DNA of 62,130 nucleotides, counting the filler, from Stramenopiles sp. TOSAG23-2 (Eukaryota), in assembly GCA_900128395.1 (NCBI GenBank). It is 6 parts of 5 records of this genome, joined end to end, with 100 filler letters (N's around TTAATTAATTAA, not from the genome) between each part and the next. Parts side by side here need not be neighbours in the genome. Positions count along the whole stretch, not along the records: positions 27,750 to 41,516 come from LT649787.1; 5 more parts are not named here. One strand, given 5' to 3'. The position numbers were made by a program, and so were the translations under genes. This document shows positions 27,750 through 40,300 of the stretch, piece after piece. Numbering within the stretch: the stretch's first letter is position 1; each line of letters starts with the position of its first letter. The notes under the pieces are model-generated. The model had not been told where the DNA came from, did no database searches, and was given only the letters and a program-made list of their open reading frames with translations.

Positions 27750-28297
27750 CATGTGGCTACGTTTTTTGTTTTTCGATTTTTTCCCGCATAAATCCGTAAA
27801 ACGTGAAAAACTAGCACATTTTTGCCATGCTTTACTTTTTTTGGCAAATGTGTCCCTCAGACGTAAAATTTGATGGTCGTACCACATAATTTCATATAAA
27901 ACACTATTATTGTTGTATGTTGTGAGTTAATGTTAGTTCATATTTCAAATATACATACTTAGTGAACATATTAATGAAGTTTAAACGCACAGATATCATT
28001 TTTTCATAATTTTTTGTGTAAAACATGTGTGTCGTACACACTTCCATGAAGCATTTCAAACGACTTTGAAGGGCTAAAACAATGAGAAATAAAGTGTAAT
28101 TATATAGTGAATTTTTACCTTAACTTAGCACTGACACAGCAGTGGATATTTTTACATTGACTCTTAGCTCAGCGCTCTCAATAATAAAAAAAATTATATG
28201 ATATCTTACAGCTTTTAAATATAAAAATATTTTTATATAAAAATGTACACAACGAAAAAATCATTATATTTATACAAGATATATGTACACATTTTTA

Positions 28298-29137
28298 CTA
28301 TTTACTTTTCTTCTTCTTCTTCTTTGTGTTGGCGGGGCAGTATCTTCCATCCCGTGACGTCTCTTTCTCACGAAATAGCAGCACACACCGTGAGCCGTTT
28401 GGTACCTTGGCTTTCTCCCACCAGGACGGGGCACTACCCTCAATCAACCGATTCACACAGTGAGGTACACTGCCTCCGTCAAAAAATATGGCATCGCCTG
28501 AACGCATTTTTATTGTACGCACCCCATGATGACACCGCTCTCCATACCGTGCTCTTCCTGTTTTCTTGCCAATGATAAACTCGCAGTCGTCTCCAAGCGC
28601 CACGCTCATTGTAAATAGTACAGAGTCACTGTCAATATGATTATTAAACCTAGCATCTGCTCGGTAGTAGAGCATCCAAGTGTCATCCAGCTGCACAGGA
28701 ACCTTGTCAGAACTAATCTCAGCAAGGTGTTTGTACGATGGTTCATTCACCAGGTCCACACTACTATCTGATTGTGCCATTAAACCCTTCGCAGCTAGCT
28801 GAAACAGTAAATAGCCATACTGGTCAATGTCTGGATACTTTCGCGGTGCAGTCGAGCGCTTCTTATGGAAATTGAAGCTACTCCAGCCTGCACCTTTTCC
28901 TTTCGGGTCTTCCACAACCGGCTTAGTGAGATTCCATAGGTTTTTCTGGCCAGCCTCGCTAAGGGCACCAGATAAATGGATAACACCGTATTCGGGGAGG
29001 AGGTTGACTTTGCAAGAACCCACAACTTCATCTCCGAGAGAAGTCGCCAACTTTTTGATCCCTACGCCTGGTGATAAACTATCTGATGAGGGGATCTGTT
29101 GATTAATTTTTGATTCTTTTATTAAATTTTTTGCCAT
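28298..29137 (-). CDS. AlkB-family 2OG-Fe(II) dioxygenase
   Basis: YYRADARFNNHIDSD (HxD), SVALG..CEF, SGDAIFFDGG.VPH (distal His), RCVLLFR. Confidence 0.8.
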   Translation of the reverse strand: MAKNLIKESKINQQIPSSDSLSPGVGIKKLATSLGDEVVGSCKVNLLPEYGVIHLSGALSEAGQKNLWNLTKPVVEDPKGKGAGWSSFNFHKKRSTAPRKYPDIDQYGYLLFQLAAKGLMAQSDSSVDLVNEPSYKHLAEISSDKVPVQLDDTWMLYYRADARFNNHIDSDSVLFTMSVALGDDCEFIIGKKTGRARYGERCHHGVRTIKMRSGDAIFFDGGSVPHCVNRLIEGSAPSWWEKAKVPNGSRCVLLFREKETSRDGRYCPANTKKKKKKSK

Positions 29138-29493
29138 TTTTTTTATCTTTTATTAACTAATGTATGTACAATTTTTCAATAATATTACATGTATTATTGT
29201 CAAGGCATATATACAAATAATCAAAAAAAAAGTATATAGGATAAATTGTGATCAATATAACCTTTTGCTTTCTTCCTTTTTTTTTATCTTTTTAAATATA
29301 TACAATGTTATTTTGTTTGCTGGCCTCTTGCACATTGTGCCATTCACACTTTTTATTAATTATTATTTTTCTATTTTTTCTGTGATTTTTGTTGGTAATA
29401 AAAAATGCAGCAGCAGCAGTTAGACAAAAAGCTTGTGTGCAGTGTCATTTCATACTTGTATTGTATACTAAAGACTAGGTTGATTCTATCAAA

Positions 29494-29967
29494 TATATTG
29501 AGTGCCTCAATTTCTAGTTCGTATAAGAACCGCTCCTCCTTAAAAGAAGTTAGAGACCTATAGTGTTTTTGGAAAAGTAATGCTGTGTCGATATTATTAT
29601 TATACCTGTGGAGGAAATCTAGAATACCTACTCCTTAAAAGAAGTTAGAGACCTATATTGTTTTTGGAAAAGTAATGCTGTGTCCATATTATTATTATTA
29701 CCTGTGGAGGAAATCTAGAATACCAAGTACTAGTATATTGAGTGCCTCAATTTCTAGTTCGTATAAGAACCGCTCCTCCTTAAAAGAAGTTAGAGACCTA
29801 TATTGTTTTTGGAAAAGTAATGCTGTGTCCATATTATTATTATAGTTGTATAAGAGAACCGCTCCTCCTTAAAAGAAGTTAGAGACCTATATTGTTTTTG
29901 GAAAAGTAATGCTGTGTCCATATTATTATTATTAATATATACCCTGTGGTGGAAATCTAGAATACCT
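29494..29967. repeat. Complex tandem repeat with four copies of a ~68-nt core (CTCCTTAAAAGAAGTTAGAGACCTATATTGTTTTTGGAAAAGTAATGCTGTGTCCATATTATTATTA) and shuffled flanking blocks
   Basis: Core starts at 29536, 29631, 29776 and 29865. Flank block TATATTGAGTGCCTCAAT... occurs twice; CCTGTGGWGGAAATCTAGAATACC occurs three times. Confidence 0.9.
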
Positions 29968-30396
29968 AGTTCAGTATTCAATTTAAAATTGTTCTAGTAG
30001 TCGTCTATATAATATATAAAACGTAAAACTTCTGTATTGTTCTGCTATTGCCTGGCTGAGGCCTGGCGGCTGGCCTGGATTGCCAGATTGCTATTCCGAA
30101 AAATAAAAAAAAATTAAAAAAATGGGTAGGTGGAAAAAAAGCATTAAAAAAAAAGGCACAAAAAGCATTTTTTATATTTGATCAAAGAATTTTATTAAAA
30201 ATTTTTATAAAAAACATATATATTAATGGAAAATTAATACTTTTGGTAAGGATAACAAAGAAGTATTATATTTTTTACATTTTTTAGTACATTATTTTTT
30301 ATTTAAAATACTAAAGAAGAATCCTTCTTGCTTTTTGTTTAAGTGTATAGACATACAGAGAGATAAATAGATAGATCTTATCTTGTCATTCAAACC

Positions 30397-31191
30397 ATGA
30401 ATATGATTAATATGAATAATTTGAATACAAAAAAACATAACATTAATAAAGATACTTCTGTATATGTTGGTAACTTAGATGGTAGAGTAACAGATGATAT
30501 ATTATGGGAATTGTTTTTACAAGCCGGTCGCGTCAAAACAGTCAAGTTCCCAAAGAAGAAGAATCCCATGAAAATATATGCCTTTGTAGAGTTTGAAAAT
30601 CCAGATACAGTTGATTATGCTGTGAAAGTTTTAAATTCAATTCAATTATATGGTAAATCAATTAAAGTAGCACCAGTCAAAAAAGGTGGTGCACAAACAA
30701 AAAATATTGGAGCAATTTTATTTATAGGCAATTTAGCTCCAGAGGTAAATGAAAAATTATTATACGACACCTTCTCTGCATTTGGTGAAATCACACAAGT
30801 TCCATCTATCGTACGTGACGGTGCGACTGGTATGCCAAAAGGGTTTGCATTTATAGGTTTTGGTAGCTTTGCTGCTTCAGATGCTGCAATTCAATACATG
30901 AACAATCAATTAATGTGTAATAAAGTATTAAAAGTCCAATATGCTCGTCGAAAAGGTACGGATGAACGGCATGGATCGCAAGCAGAAAGATTATTAGCTG
31001 CAGAAGCAGAAAAATTAGAGATGAAAAAGATTAGTAATGCAATGATGAATAATAGCAACAATGATCACAATACGAATAATAATGACCTATCGCATTCACC
31101 AACACCAACACAACAACAACAACAACAACAACAACAATTTTTACAACAAGGTGCTGGTAGTAATAATAACAATATGATGATGATGGGATGA
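30397..31191 (+). CDS. SF3B4: Splicing factor 3B subunit 4 (SAP49/Hsh49), two RRMs
   Basis: VYVGNLD..V...ILWELFLQAG, LYGKSIKV, IGAILFIGNL.PEV.EKLLYDTFSAFG, ERHGS.AERLLAA. Confidence 0.93.
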   Translation: MNMINMNNLNTKKHNINKDTSVYVGNLDGRVTDDILWELFLQAGRVKTVKFPKKKNPMKIYAFVEFENPDTVDYAVKVLNSIQLYGKSIKVAPVKKGGAQTKNIGAILFIGNLAPEVNEKLLYDTFSAFGEITQVPSIVRDGATGMPKGFAFIGFGSFAASDAAIQYMNNQLMCNKVLKVQYARRKGTDERHGSQAERLLAAEAEKLEMKKISNAMMNNSNNDHNTNNNDLSHSPTPTQQQQQQQQQFLQQGAGSNNNNMMMMG

Positions 31192-31427
31192 GATTTGTAT
31201 TTTATCCCTGATATATTTAACACAACAAAAATAAATGACCAGACGTGTATAAATATAGAGTGTGTACGAATCAAATAAAAGATTAATTTTTTATATCTTG
31301 TATATTTTTGTTTTCTCCCTCCACGCTACGTTTTTTTATAATATTATTAATGCGAAGCTACATGAAAAATTAATATATACGACACACAACACTTCGTTTC
31401 GTACATAATGTATTACGCACGTACGAA

Positions 31428-33214
31428 TTAAAAATGTATTGCAAAATTTAATGAACGATATGGTTTCTCACCATCACCACCATATTCAGCTAAATCATCA
31501 TCTTCCCCATCACTTTCTTCATATATTTTCTCTAAATTATCTTTGATTTGGTATGGTGTATTCAAATGTGGTTCTAAGTTTACCTTATGCAATTGTCCAT
31601 TTAATGGTTTTGCATTGTCTACAAATTTACTACCACTTGCTAATGGATGTGGTGGTGCATAGAAATTTGGCTCCAAAAATTTACGTTTCACTCCACCATA
31701 ATTATTATAGTCGTTTGCACCATTTTTTGATTCTACCGATGTCTCTAAATCCAAAAGTATATCATTAAAATTACGCATTTTACGAACGTCGAATTGTTTT
31801 ATTTCATTGTTGTTGCTATTATTATTATTATTATTATTATGTACACCGTAATTATTGTTATCATCTTCCATTAAGTCATCTGCTACAATGTGGTCAATCC
31901 ATAAACGACCATGTCGACCAATACGACCACGGTACATATATTTTTTCTTATCGCGTTCATCACTAAAATACTCCTCGTAACCAGAACCATTTGAAAAAGT
32001 TGGAATAGACGGTTCTGTTTTAGGGGCGACATCATATGTTTTGTTGTAAACTAAATCTTCTTGGCGATGCATATACGATGGGATAAATGGTGGATTGTCA
32101 TTAAAATTTCTATTTGCATCTTCTGGCTTTTTATCTTCTGGTCTTAATCCAATCTTATCGTTTTCGCTATATTCAATGTGACTAGATGATATATCCAACG
32201 AGGAACGTCGTAATGATGATGCGGCTGGATAACGTGTAGAACGTGGAGATGGTGCTTTCACAACGGAACCAATTCCAAATACGGCGGCACTTGGAATTCG
32301 TCTTGGAGATGCATGGACAACACTCATAATAGCTTCCCCACCTCTGGTCCCAGCTGCTTCCATTACCCGGCGCATTTGAACAGAAGTTAATGGATTTTGC
32401 TTTTTCTTTTTATGAGCGCTAAATGATAATTTGCGTAATTTCGGTGTCAACACACTACCGCTTCTAGGGCTGCTTCCTCCATCTTTCAAACGACTTGATA
32501 ATGATGATGGGGGCTTTGTCCATCTGATTGTGATGATGTTGACCTACTAAAAATGCCAATACTATCGTGTGATTCTAAAAATAAACATGAACGTTCCTTT
32601 AATATAGTTGTCTCGCGTTTTTCATCATCGTTTGTATGAATTTTATCAAAAATGCTTTGTAAAAACAATTCCTATTCATATTTAACTTTAGAGGCTTTTA
32701 ATATTTCACGTTTACGTAAAGAATTCAATATTGTCGTGACCTGTTCAAGATCCTGTTGTAATAATTTTAATTTTTCATAAGATGATTTGTCATCTTTGCG
32801 ACTTCTTCTAAGGCGATTTTTCATGCCTTGTTCATCGCGTGGACGAAATACCATGTGTGGATCTGGATCTGCTGGCTGTGTGATTGGCCAGAAACGTCGA
32901 AGTAAGGGTTTTTGATTACGCGTACGTTTTGCAACCCAATAACGATACATGGTACGATTAAATTTTACATGATTAATAAATTCTTTCGCTGCACATTTCG
33001 TTACTGTGCATTCTTTTGTAATATCTGCAGGGATTTGCACGATAATTCCCATATGCAAAGGTGCCCTTCTCATCCATAATAACACATCACTACGACTTGC
33101 TTGATCGGATAATGCTTCTTCCAAACGATATTGATATTTATCTACAATTTCAAAAAATTCCGATTCCAAATCAATTGCAACTTGTTGCTGCACTGTATTT
33201 GCGTCGAATTCCAT
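31428..33214 (-). pseudogene. EPL1: Enhancer of polycomb-like (EPC/Epl1), interrupted by an in-frame TAG (32674-32672) and a frameshift near 32509-32513
   Basis: YRYWVAKR..NQKPLLRRFWP.T...DPDPHMVFRPR, SYEKLKLLQQDLE...KREILK, and the EPcB-like RGRIGRHGRLWID in the downstream ORF. The disruptions may be errors rather than real lesions. Confidence 0.7.
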
Positions 33215-33950
33215 CTTGCTATTGTGTCTTGTTTGTATGTATGTATGTGTTGTTGTTTGTTTTTTTCTATTTCATCTCTTTTTACTTTTGTTTCATGCAG
33301 ATATATTATTTTAATGTTTCTGTAAATTCGTTTTAATGTGCAATATGTTGTTTTGTTATATAAATAGATCATCCATCTTAATCTGTAACGATTTCCAGTA
33401 CATGCAAATAGCATTATGGATCATTTTTCATGGATCTTTCCACGGCCTCTGGCCATGTAAGTAGATGCAGATGCAGGTTTTAGATTTGGAAAAAATATTG
33501 ATTTTCACCACTTCGTAGTTTAGTTTTGATACAGTATGTGCGTATGTTTGTATTCTAATTTCCCTTTCAAGTACAACTTTTTAATATTGTAATTAGAATA
33601 ATAGCGTGTTATAAAGAATTTTTAAGGTGGTCGACGCGCTGCGCACTCGCAAAGTGCCAAAGTTAAAGTGCCAAGAAAAAAAAAAATGCCAAAAAAAAGC
33701 GTCCCAAAACAACAACAAGTGCACACAACAACAACAATAATAATAAAAAAATACTAATTAATAAATAATTCAAAAATTCAAAATTCTTTTTTCATTTTTT
33801 GACATATATGAACACAAGATAGAAAGATGGTTTAATCAAATAGATGTATATACATCAACATTACGACGTAAGAATTGATACATAGACCGTAATAATTACA
33901 ATAGTAATAATTACACACACACACACACACATATATGTATAGAAGAATAA

Positions 33951-34817
33951 ATGGATGCAACATCAATATTAATGACAGATCAAACAAATTTAATGTCAAC
34001 AAATGCAGGTACAAAAAAATATCGCAGAAATGCAAGATATCGTCGAAAACTAGCTTGGACAACAGAAGAAGATGCAAAAATTACAAATTTGGTTAATCTA
34101 TATGGACATAAATGGGCTCAAATTGCTTCAGAAATGCCTGGGCGTAAAGGAAAAAATATTAGAGAGCATTATTTAAACTGTTTGGATCCTAATACAGATA
34201 ATTCTCCATGGACTGAACTTGAAGATATTACTTTATTTAATGCTCAAAAAAAATTGGGAAATGTTTGGAGTCAAATTGCAAAACTATTGCCAGGTCGTAC
34301 AGATAACAAAATCAAAAATCGATATTATGCTGCATGTCGTCGCTTACAAAGACAAGGTATTGAAAGAGGGTTTCAATCGGCTGAAGAATTTCGTAACATG
34401 CTCCATGGTGGCGTAGTAGTAAATAGAAAACGAAAACGACAAATTTTACCAAAGCAAAAACGATATAATAGTAATAATAATATTAATAATTATAATAATG
34501 GTATGAGAAAAAATAACAATTATAATAATGTAATGCAACAACACCAAAAGCAACAATATCAAATTATTAAAAATCCATCATTACAATCATCATCACAAAC
34601 AACAACAACAACAACAAGGACTAGTACTACATCACGAAATAATAATAATAATAATAACAATAATACAAATGACAATAATAGTAATAATATGAATGCTGTA
34701 TATAGATTTTATAGCTTCCCAAATAAGCCTTATGATAACCGTATATATATATTCAATAATGATACTTTGGATTTTTTAACGACCTTACCACGATATCATC
34801 CATGGTCACGACAATAA
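33951..34817 (+). CDS. R2R3-MYB transcription factor
   Basis: WTTEED...W..IA..MPGRKGK..REHY.N.LDP followed by WTELED...GN.WSQIAKLLPGRTDN.IKNRY. Confidence 0.93.
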   Translation: MDATSILMTDQTNLMSTNAGTKKYRRNARYRRKLAWTTEEDAKITNLVNLYGHKWAQIASEMPGRKGKNIREHYLNCLDPNTDNSPWTELEDITLFNAQKKLGNVWSQIAKLLPGRTDNKIKNRYYAACRRLQRQGIERGFQSAEEFRNMLHGGVVVNRKRKRQILPKQKRYNSNNNINNYNNGMRKNNNYNNVMQQHQKQQYQIIKNPSLQSSSQTTTTTTRTSTTSRNNNNNNNNNTNDNNSNNMNAVYRFYSFPNKPYDNRIYIFNNDTLDFLTTLPRYHPWSRQ

Positions 34818-35123
34818 AGAATAAAAGAAAAGAATATAATATAACATATATATTCAAAGTATTTATTATTACCACATTAACATTGTACATTTAAATTTGA
34901 AATTCATTTTTTTAATTATTATTTTTTGAATTTTCATTACCTGGTAATGAGAATTTGATAGGTAAAATAAGTATACTGGTATACCAATGTGGGCAACAAG
35001 TATAATATTACTTTGTGTGTATATTTATTGTAGATCTATTATAATATATATACGATCAAATGAAAATGTATAATAAAATATAATCACACAGACAATATAT
35101 ATACATGTCTATATATAAATAAA

Positions 35124-36305
35124 ATGGCGACATTTACACAACAATATAATACATTTAGACAACTTTTGCAAAATGTGATACAAAATGATACGGAGGAGGA
35201 ACTTGCATTATTATCTCAAACAAATTTTTTTAATGAGATACGTAGACAAATGGACGAAAACGGAAGTAAACCGGAAATAATAGATATTAAGAAAGAAGTT
35301 GATAGGCTTGGTGGTATGTGGCACAGAAAGTTGCAACACAACAGTCCTGTCAAAATAATGAAGAACAGACCAAAAATTGTGTTATTGGTTGATTTTGATG
35401 GAACAATAGCTGAAACTGAAATGATAATTTATAAAGCTACTAATATGATGTTAAAAGAAAATGGTTTTACATTTCAATGGACACTGGAAGAATATTATGC
35501 TCTCCTTATGATTGGTAATACCGAGGCTAGACTCACACATTATTTTAATCTGAAATCATGTTGGCCGAAAGAAATTACATCAATAAAGGACCGTGCTGCA
35601 TATGTAAAGAAGTTGAAAAAATATAAAGATAGATGTTTTGATATCTTATTATTGGAAAAAGATGGTGGTGAAACATTTCAATGTCGACCAGGTATTTTAT
35701 CATTGATGGAAAAAGTAATATATCATTTAGATGGCAAATGTTGTATTGTTAGTAATACATCGACAAAGATTGTTAGAAAACTTTTTAAATTGTTAATATT
35801 AAATGATAAGAATAATAGTGATTGTCAACACCATACAAGAAATTATAATTTTTTGATAGATTCTGTACATATAATAGGTGGAGATATGGTTGCTGCAAAT
35901 AAACGAAAACCAGCACCTGATTTATATATGAAAGCATTGAAAGAAATGGGTTGCAATGATGTAAACCATGTTGTAGTCATTGAAGATAGTGCCGATGGAT
36001 TAAATGCAGCTTTAAATGCAAATATTCGAAATGTTATTATAACAAAAAATATCTTTACAAAAGATCAAAATTTTGATGGAGCGAGATTAATTTTCGAGAA
36101 CGAATTGCCAGATGAATTTTCAATTTATACGTTGTGGCCTAACTATGTACAAAGTTATATAATGGAAGATACGTGTGATGATAAATTGATTGCTAAAGTT
36201 TTACTTGAAATTGCTTCAAATAAAGTATTAATTGAAAAAGTTTCATCCATTTATCAATTTACAAAACAGGAAAATTTGCTTTTAAGTAACAAAAGATACT
36301 TTTGA
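35124..36305 (+). CDS. HAD-superfamily hydrolase, CbbY-like
   Basis: DFDGTIAETE motif I, VSNT, KPAPDLY, IEDSADGLNAA. Confidence 0.88.
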   Translation: MATFTQQYNTFRQLLQNVIQNDTEEELALLSQTNFFNEIRRQMDENGSKPEIIDIKKEVDRLGGMWHRKLQHNSPVKIMKNRPKIVLLVDFDGTIAETEMIIYKATNMMLKENGFTFQWTLEEYYALLMIGNTEARLTHYFNLKSCWPKEITSIKDRAAYVKKLKKYKDRCFDILLLEKDGGETFQCRPGILSLMEKVIYHLDGKCCIVSNTSTKIVRKLFKLLILNDKNNSDCQHHTRNYNFLIDSVHIIGGDMVAANKRKPAPDLYMKALKEMGCNDVNHVVVIEDSADGLNAALNANIRNVIITKNIFTKDQNFDGARLIFENELPDEFSIYTLWPNYVQSYIMEDTCDDKLIAKVLLEIASNKVLIEKVSSIYQFTKQENLLLSNKRYF

Positions 36306-37364
36306 GTGTGAGCCAAAACAGTTTTTTCATATGTGAAGTATGAGGATTTGTGTTTTATTAAAATTTAAATTCTATTTTAATACGAATTTTTGTATAATAT
36401 TATATTTATTAATAAAATATTAAATATATTTGGTTAAAATCTAAGTTATAATAGTTTTACTTCTCATGGAAAATAATATGCTCAATACTCAGTCTCGAGA
36501 ATAAATATTCTGTATCCTACTATAGTGAAGCTCTAATGCACGTCTGCAAACTAATACTCCACAAGCACGAGTAGGTTTCTATCCTTCCTGCACTCGTTGA
36601 CCGGGCTGGACGTCGGGTTCACTTGGAAACGACGAGGTTGTCAAAGTGAAAGATCCTGTTGTGTATATACTTCGTATTATTTACTTTGTGTACGACGTAT
36701 TATAAATAAAAAATACTTTAGCACGGGAAGTGTAAAAATTATTATTAACTTAATATTTTAACCATCATATATGATAATTAAAAAAAATATAAAAAATTGT
36801 TTTTACGAACCTTCGTTTAACGATATGCCATTATAATTTTTACATTTTTATTCAATTATTACATGCCTATGATACTATAGATACGTGTGTAACGATTTAT
36901 CTCTCTCCTTCATAAAATATAAACTAAATTATATATGATTATATAATATACGCACATCGGTTCAATCAAAAACAAATACAAAAACCGATAAACGAATTGA
37001 GAACTCTCGTGATGAGATATATATAAATAATTTCCTATGTTTATACGTACCAGTATAATAAATATAAGTATTTAAAAATCATTTTTGATTTGAGATGTTA
37101 ATGAACGGGAGTAAAAGAAATTTATATAATATATGAGTAAGAGAACATTTTATATACGATATATGCTCGTATATATTATCATTAATAAATAAATATAATA
37201 TATATGCATAATATTATATTAATATACGTTCGTATTTATATATCATATCATATTAATATATATTTATACTTCGTATATATGATACCATACGATACCAATA
37301 TGTATATAAAACGTCCCTTCGCCGCGTTAATCTAATGCAACCTATTGTTGTTTATTAATATATC

Positions 37365-40300
37365 TTATTTGCAAAGATCACAAAACCATTCTTTTCGTGG
37401 TACTCTTTGTAGATTTAAACATTCTAAATGGGCACAGCCATATTCGCATCCATCACAGAGCAACGCTGGATTCCATTCGGTGCTTCCAGTTAGACCACAG
37501 ATATTACATGGAATGTCATCATCGATGCTACTTAATTCCTCTTCCTTTTTTTTCTTCTTCTTCGTTTGCTTTTCAGATTTTGTAGGATTTTCTTTTCGCT
37601 TCTTTAATTTAATCTTCGTAGATTTTCCAGATGATAATGCGCTACCATTACTATGAGCAGCACTACTACCATTACTTGAAGCCGATCGTTTTTTTGAAAG
37701 CATTTCAGCATATGCAGCACTATTTTTATTATTTGTATCGTCAATCTTCTCAATCATGGAAGGATGGAAACTTTTGATTTCTCTTAACCATTTTGGTATC
37801 GCCAAAAGTCTTTTCTCATTGCAAGCCCCACAATACCAATCCCCTTCTGGAACTTTTTTTAGATTCAAGCAACGAATATGCGCACAACCAGTAATGCAAG
37901 TTTCACATAATAAAGCTGGGTTCTCTGGTGTGTCGCCAGTAAGTCCGCAGATATTGCATGGAACATTATCCTCTTCCTCGCTTACAATGTTCATGGTTGT
38001 TGTGGTAGTAGTACTACTATCTGAAGAATCTTTGCTAATAGTGGCATTTCCATTTACATTTGCCTTCACACTTTCAGTAAGAATTACTGGACTCGATGGA
38101 GGTATTCGAGGTGTTAAATTCAATAATTTATCAAATCCTTCTTTTGATTTCTTATATGCAGCATCAATGAACGGTGTGCCGAATAGTGAATATTTATTCC
38201 TGAATCTCCAATGAGTAGTTGTTTTCCATTGTGAATGTGGCTGATGCTCAAAAATTTCCAACATGCTCTTTCGTTGTGATGGTGAATATGGATTCAAGTG
38301 TGTATTAAAGCAACAATCTGCATCTGGTAGAACTACGGGGCCGTAACGAGCTGCCATTAAACTAGCATCGGGTTGTGCAATAGTTTGGCGTTCCCAAAAA
38401 TGCAATTGACCCCATACATACTGACGATTGTAGCTCTTGCCTTTAACGACGCTATCTTTCTCCTTCAACGCTCTGCAAGTATCCCCAACATCGCATTGGC
38501 GCAATTTAAGTGGCGGAGATGAAAACCCGTTGTATGTATTCATTGTAAAATTCAACTTTGTATACGCATATAATGTTATCAAATCAGCCGCAGCCGTGTA
38601 ACGCCTACTATTTGTCTGTGGCAATTTATATAATAAATCCCTTGCTTGAATCATAATGTCCTCTTTTAAATACTTTAATCCTTTTGCATTTGATTTTATT
38701 TTTGTTTGTAATATTTTTTTTAATTTTTGTCGAATAACAAAATTTTGCATACCAGAAATTGCATTTTTAATAATGGTCTTCACGATCGGTTCCCCAATTT
38801 TATTTTTAGTATCGTTCCACAAAATATCTACTACTTCTTTCGGTGTTAACACCCTAAGTGGTGGGTTTTGCTTTTGATTTGGTTGTCTTAAAAAATATTT
38901 CAGTTTCTCTAATGTAATTACTAAATTTTGCACTCTAGTGGCATGTATACCAACAGCGTCGTCATTTGCAGATTCTAAATTATAAAATGAATATCGCCTT
39001 ACCAAATCGTAAGTCAATTGCTTTTTTTCGAAATCCAAAAATTCTAAAATCAATGCACCCCATTTTAACAACCAGTCCGGTGCACCATCCGTCACACTAG
39101 AACCTAATTTATGAGTTTTTAATATTTTTCTATCATTATCATTTAGCTCTTCGGTGCATGCACGAACTAATATCGCAGCTCGATCCACGGTGGTATGTTC
39201 CTTCAACATGACTTCTTGAAATACTCGATCGTTTGAATATTGTAAAAATGCTCCGCGACATTGTCCGGTACCACATAAGCAGGTTGCTTGCTCGTGCTCA
39301 CGTTTATCTTCAGTGAACGAACCATAATCAAATGAAAGCTCTTCACCGTATTCAATATCACGAACGGCATAAACGGTAGTAACGTATTTACCATTTTCAG
39401 ACACAACGATTGTGGCACAATTTGGGGTACAACTATGCGAAAGCCTTGATGCAATATTACCCTTCGCAATTGGATCTACAAACATTAGATTGTAACCTTT
39501 CTCATCATCACTATGCCTTTCCATAATTATGTTGTAAAAATCCGGCAAAGTTGTTTTCATGCCCAATTTTTTTTGTACTACTTTGACAGCATCGGTTTTT
39601 TCAAACCATCTCCATGGGGAAAATAGCTCTCCTAAATACCGTTCAACAAACGTACCAGCTTTAATCCCTTCCTTTCTGTTGCACAACAATCCTTGTCCTT
39701 TTGGATATATACGGAAGTTTTTACTACAATAAAACACCCTATCTTTTTGAACCTCATGTAAAATAGTTTTTGCACATGTAAAAGCTATGTGATTCCCTTT
39801 TTTTTTTGACATATTGATAATATCATGTAGAACAATACCAAAATCATGTGCATCTTCATCTTTCTGTCGATTAATAGCAGGGAGTAATGTTTTTGCCATA
39901 AATTTTTTTGCTACTTCTTCAGTCAACACAGAATTCACTAACAAAGCACGAAATATACGACGGTATGTACTAGAATCATAGCCCCATGTACTTGTTAGCA
40001 CTATATCATACTCGCATGTATTATTTGGAAAGTTTGTTCCTTTTGGTGCTAAGATTAATGGCTCGCGTCTTTCTAATGCTATTAAATCTAACGGTAATTT
40101 CGAAGCACCCGGAGCACCTTCTGGTGGGGCATGCAAACCTTTTTTTGAAGAAATTAACATTTCATAACATTTTTCCGGTTCAATTGCTGAGATATATTCA
40201 GTTATAACTTCAAATGGTCTTGGTGGATAAGGTGTCTTACGCCAACTAAAATCTCGAACAAAGAAGAGATCTTGATACGTTTGCCACAACCACATTTTCT

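Noticed and set aside
29494-29967. CRISPR array
   Set aside because: The repeats are about 68 nt, the intervening blocks are themselves repeated rather than unique, the context is eukaryotic, and no cas genes are present.
32672-32674. Alternative genetic code (TAG = Gln)
   Set aside because: There is only one in-frame TAG in a recognised gene. ORFs of 1282 and 2503 aa have none, and TAG ends other genes (2677, 6437, 28298).
36560-36670. U3 snoRNA (minus-strand ACAGGATC resembles box A)
   Set aside because: No convincing box C or C' motifs are present, so it is kept only as an unexplained island.
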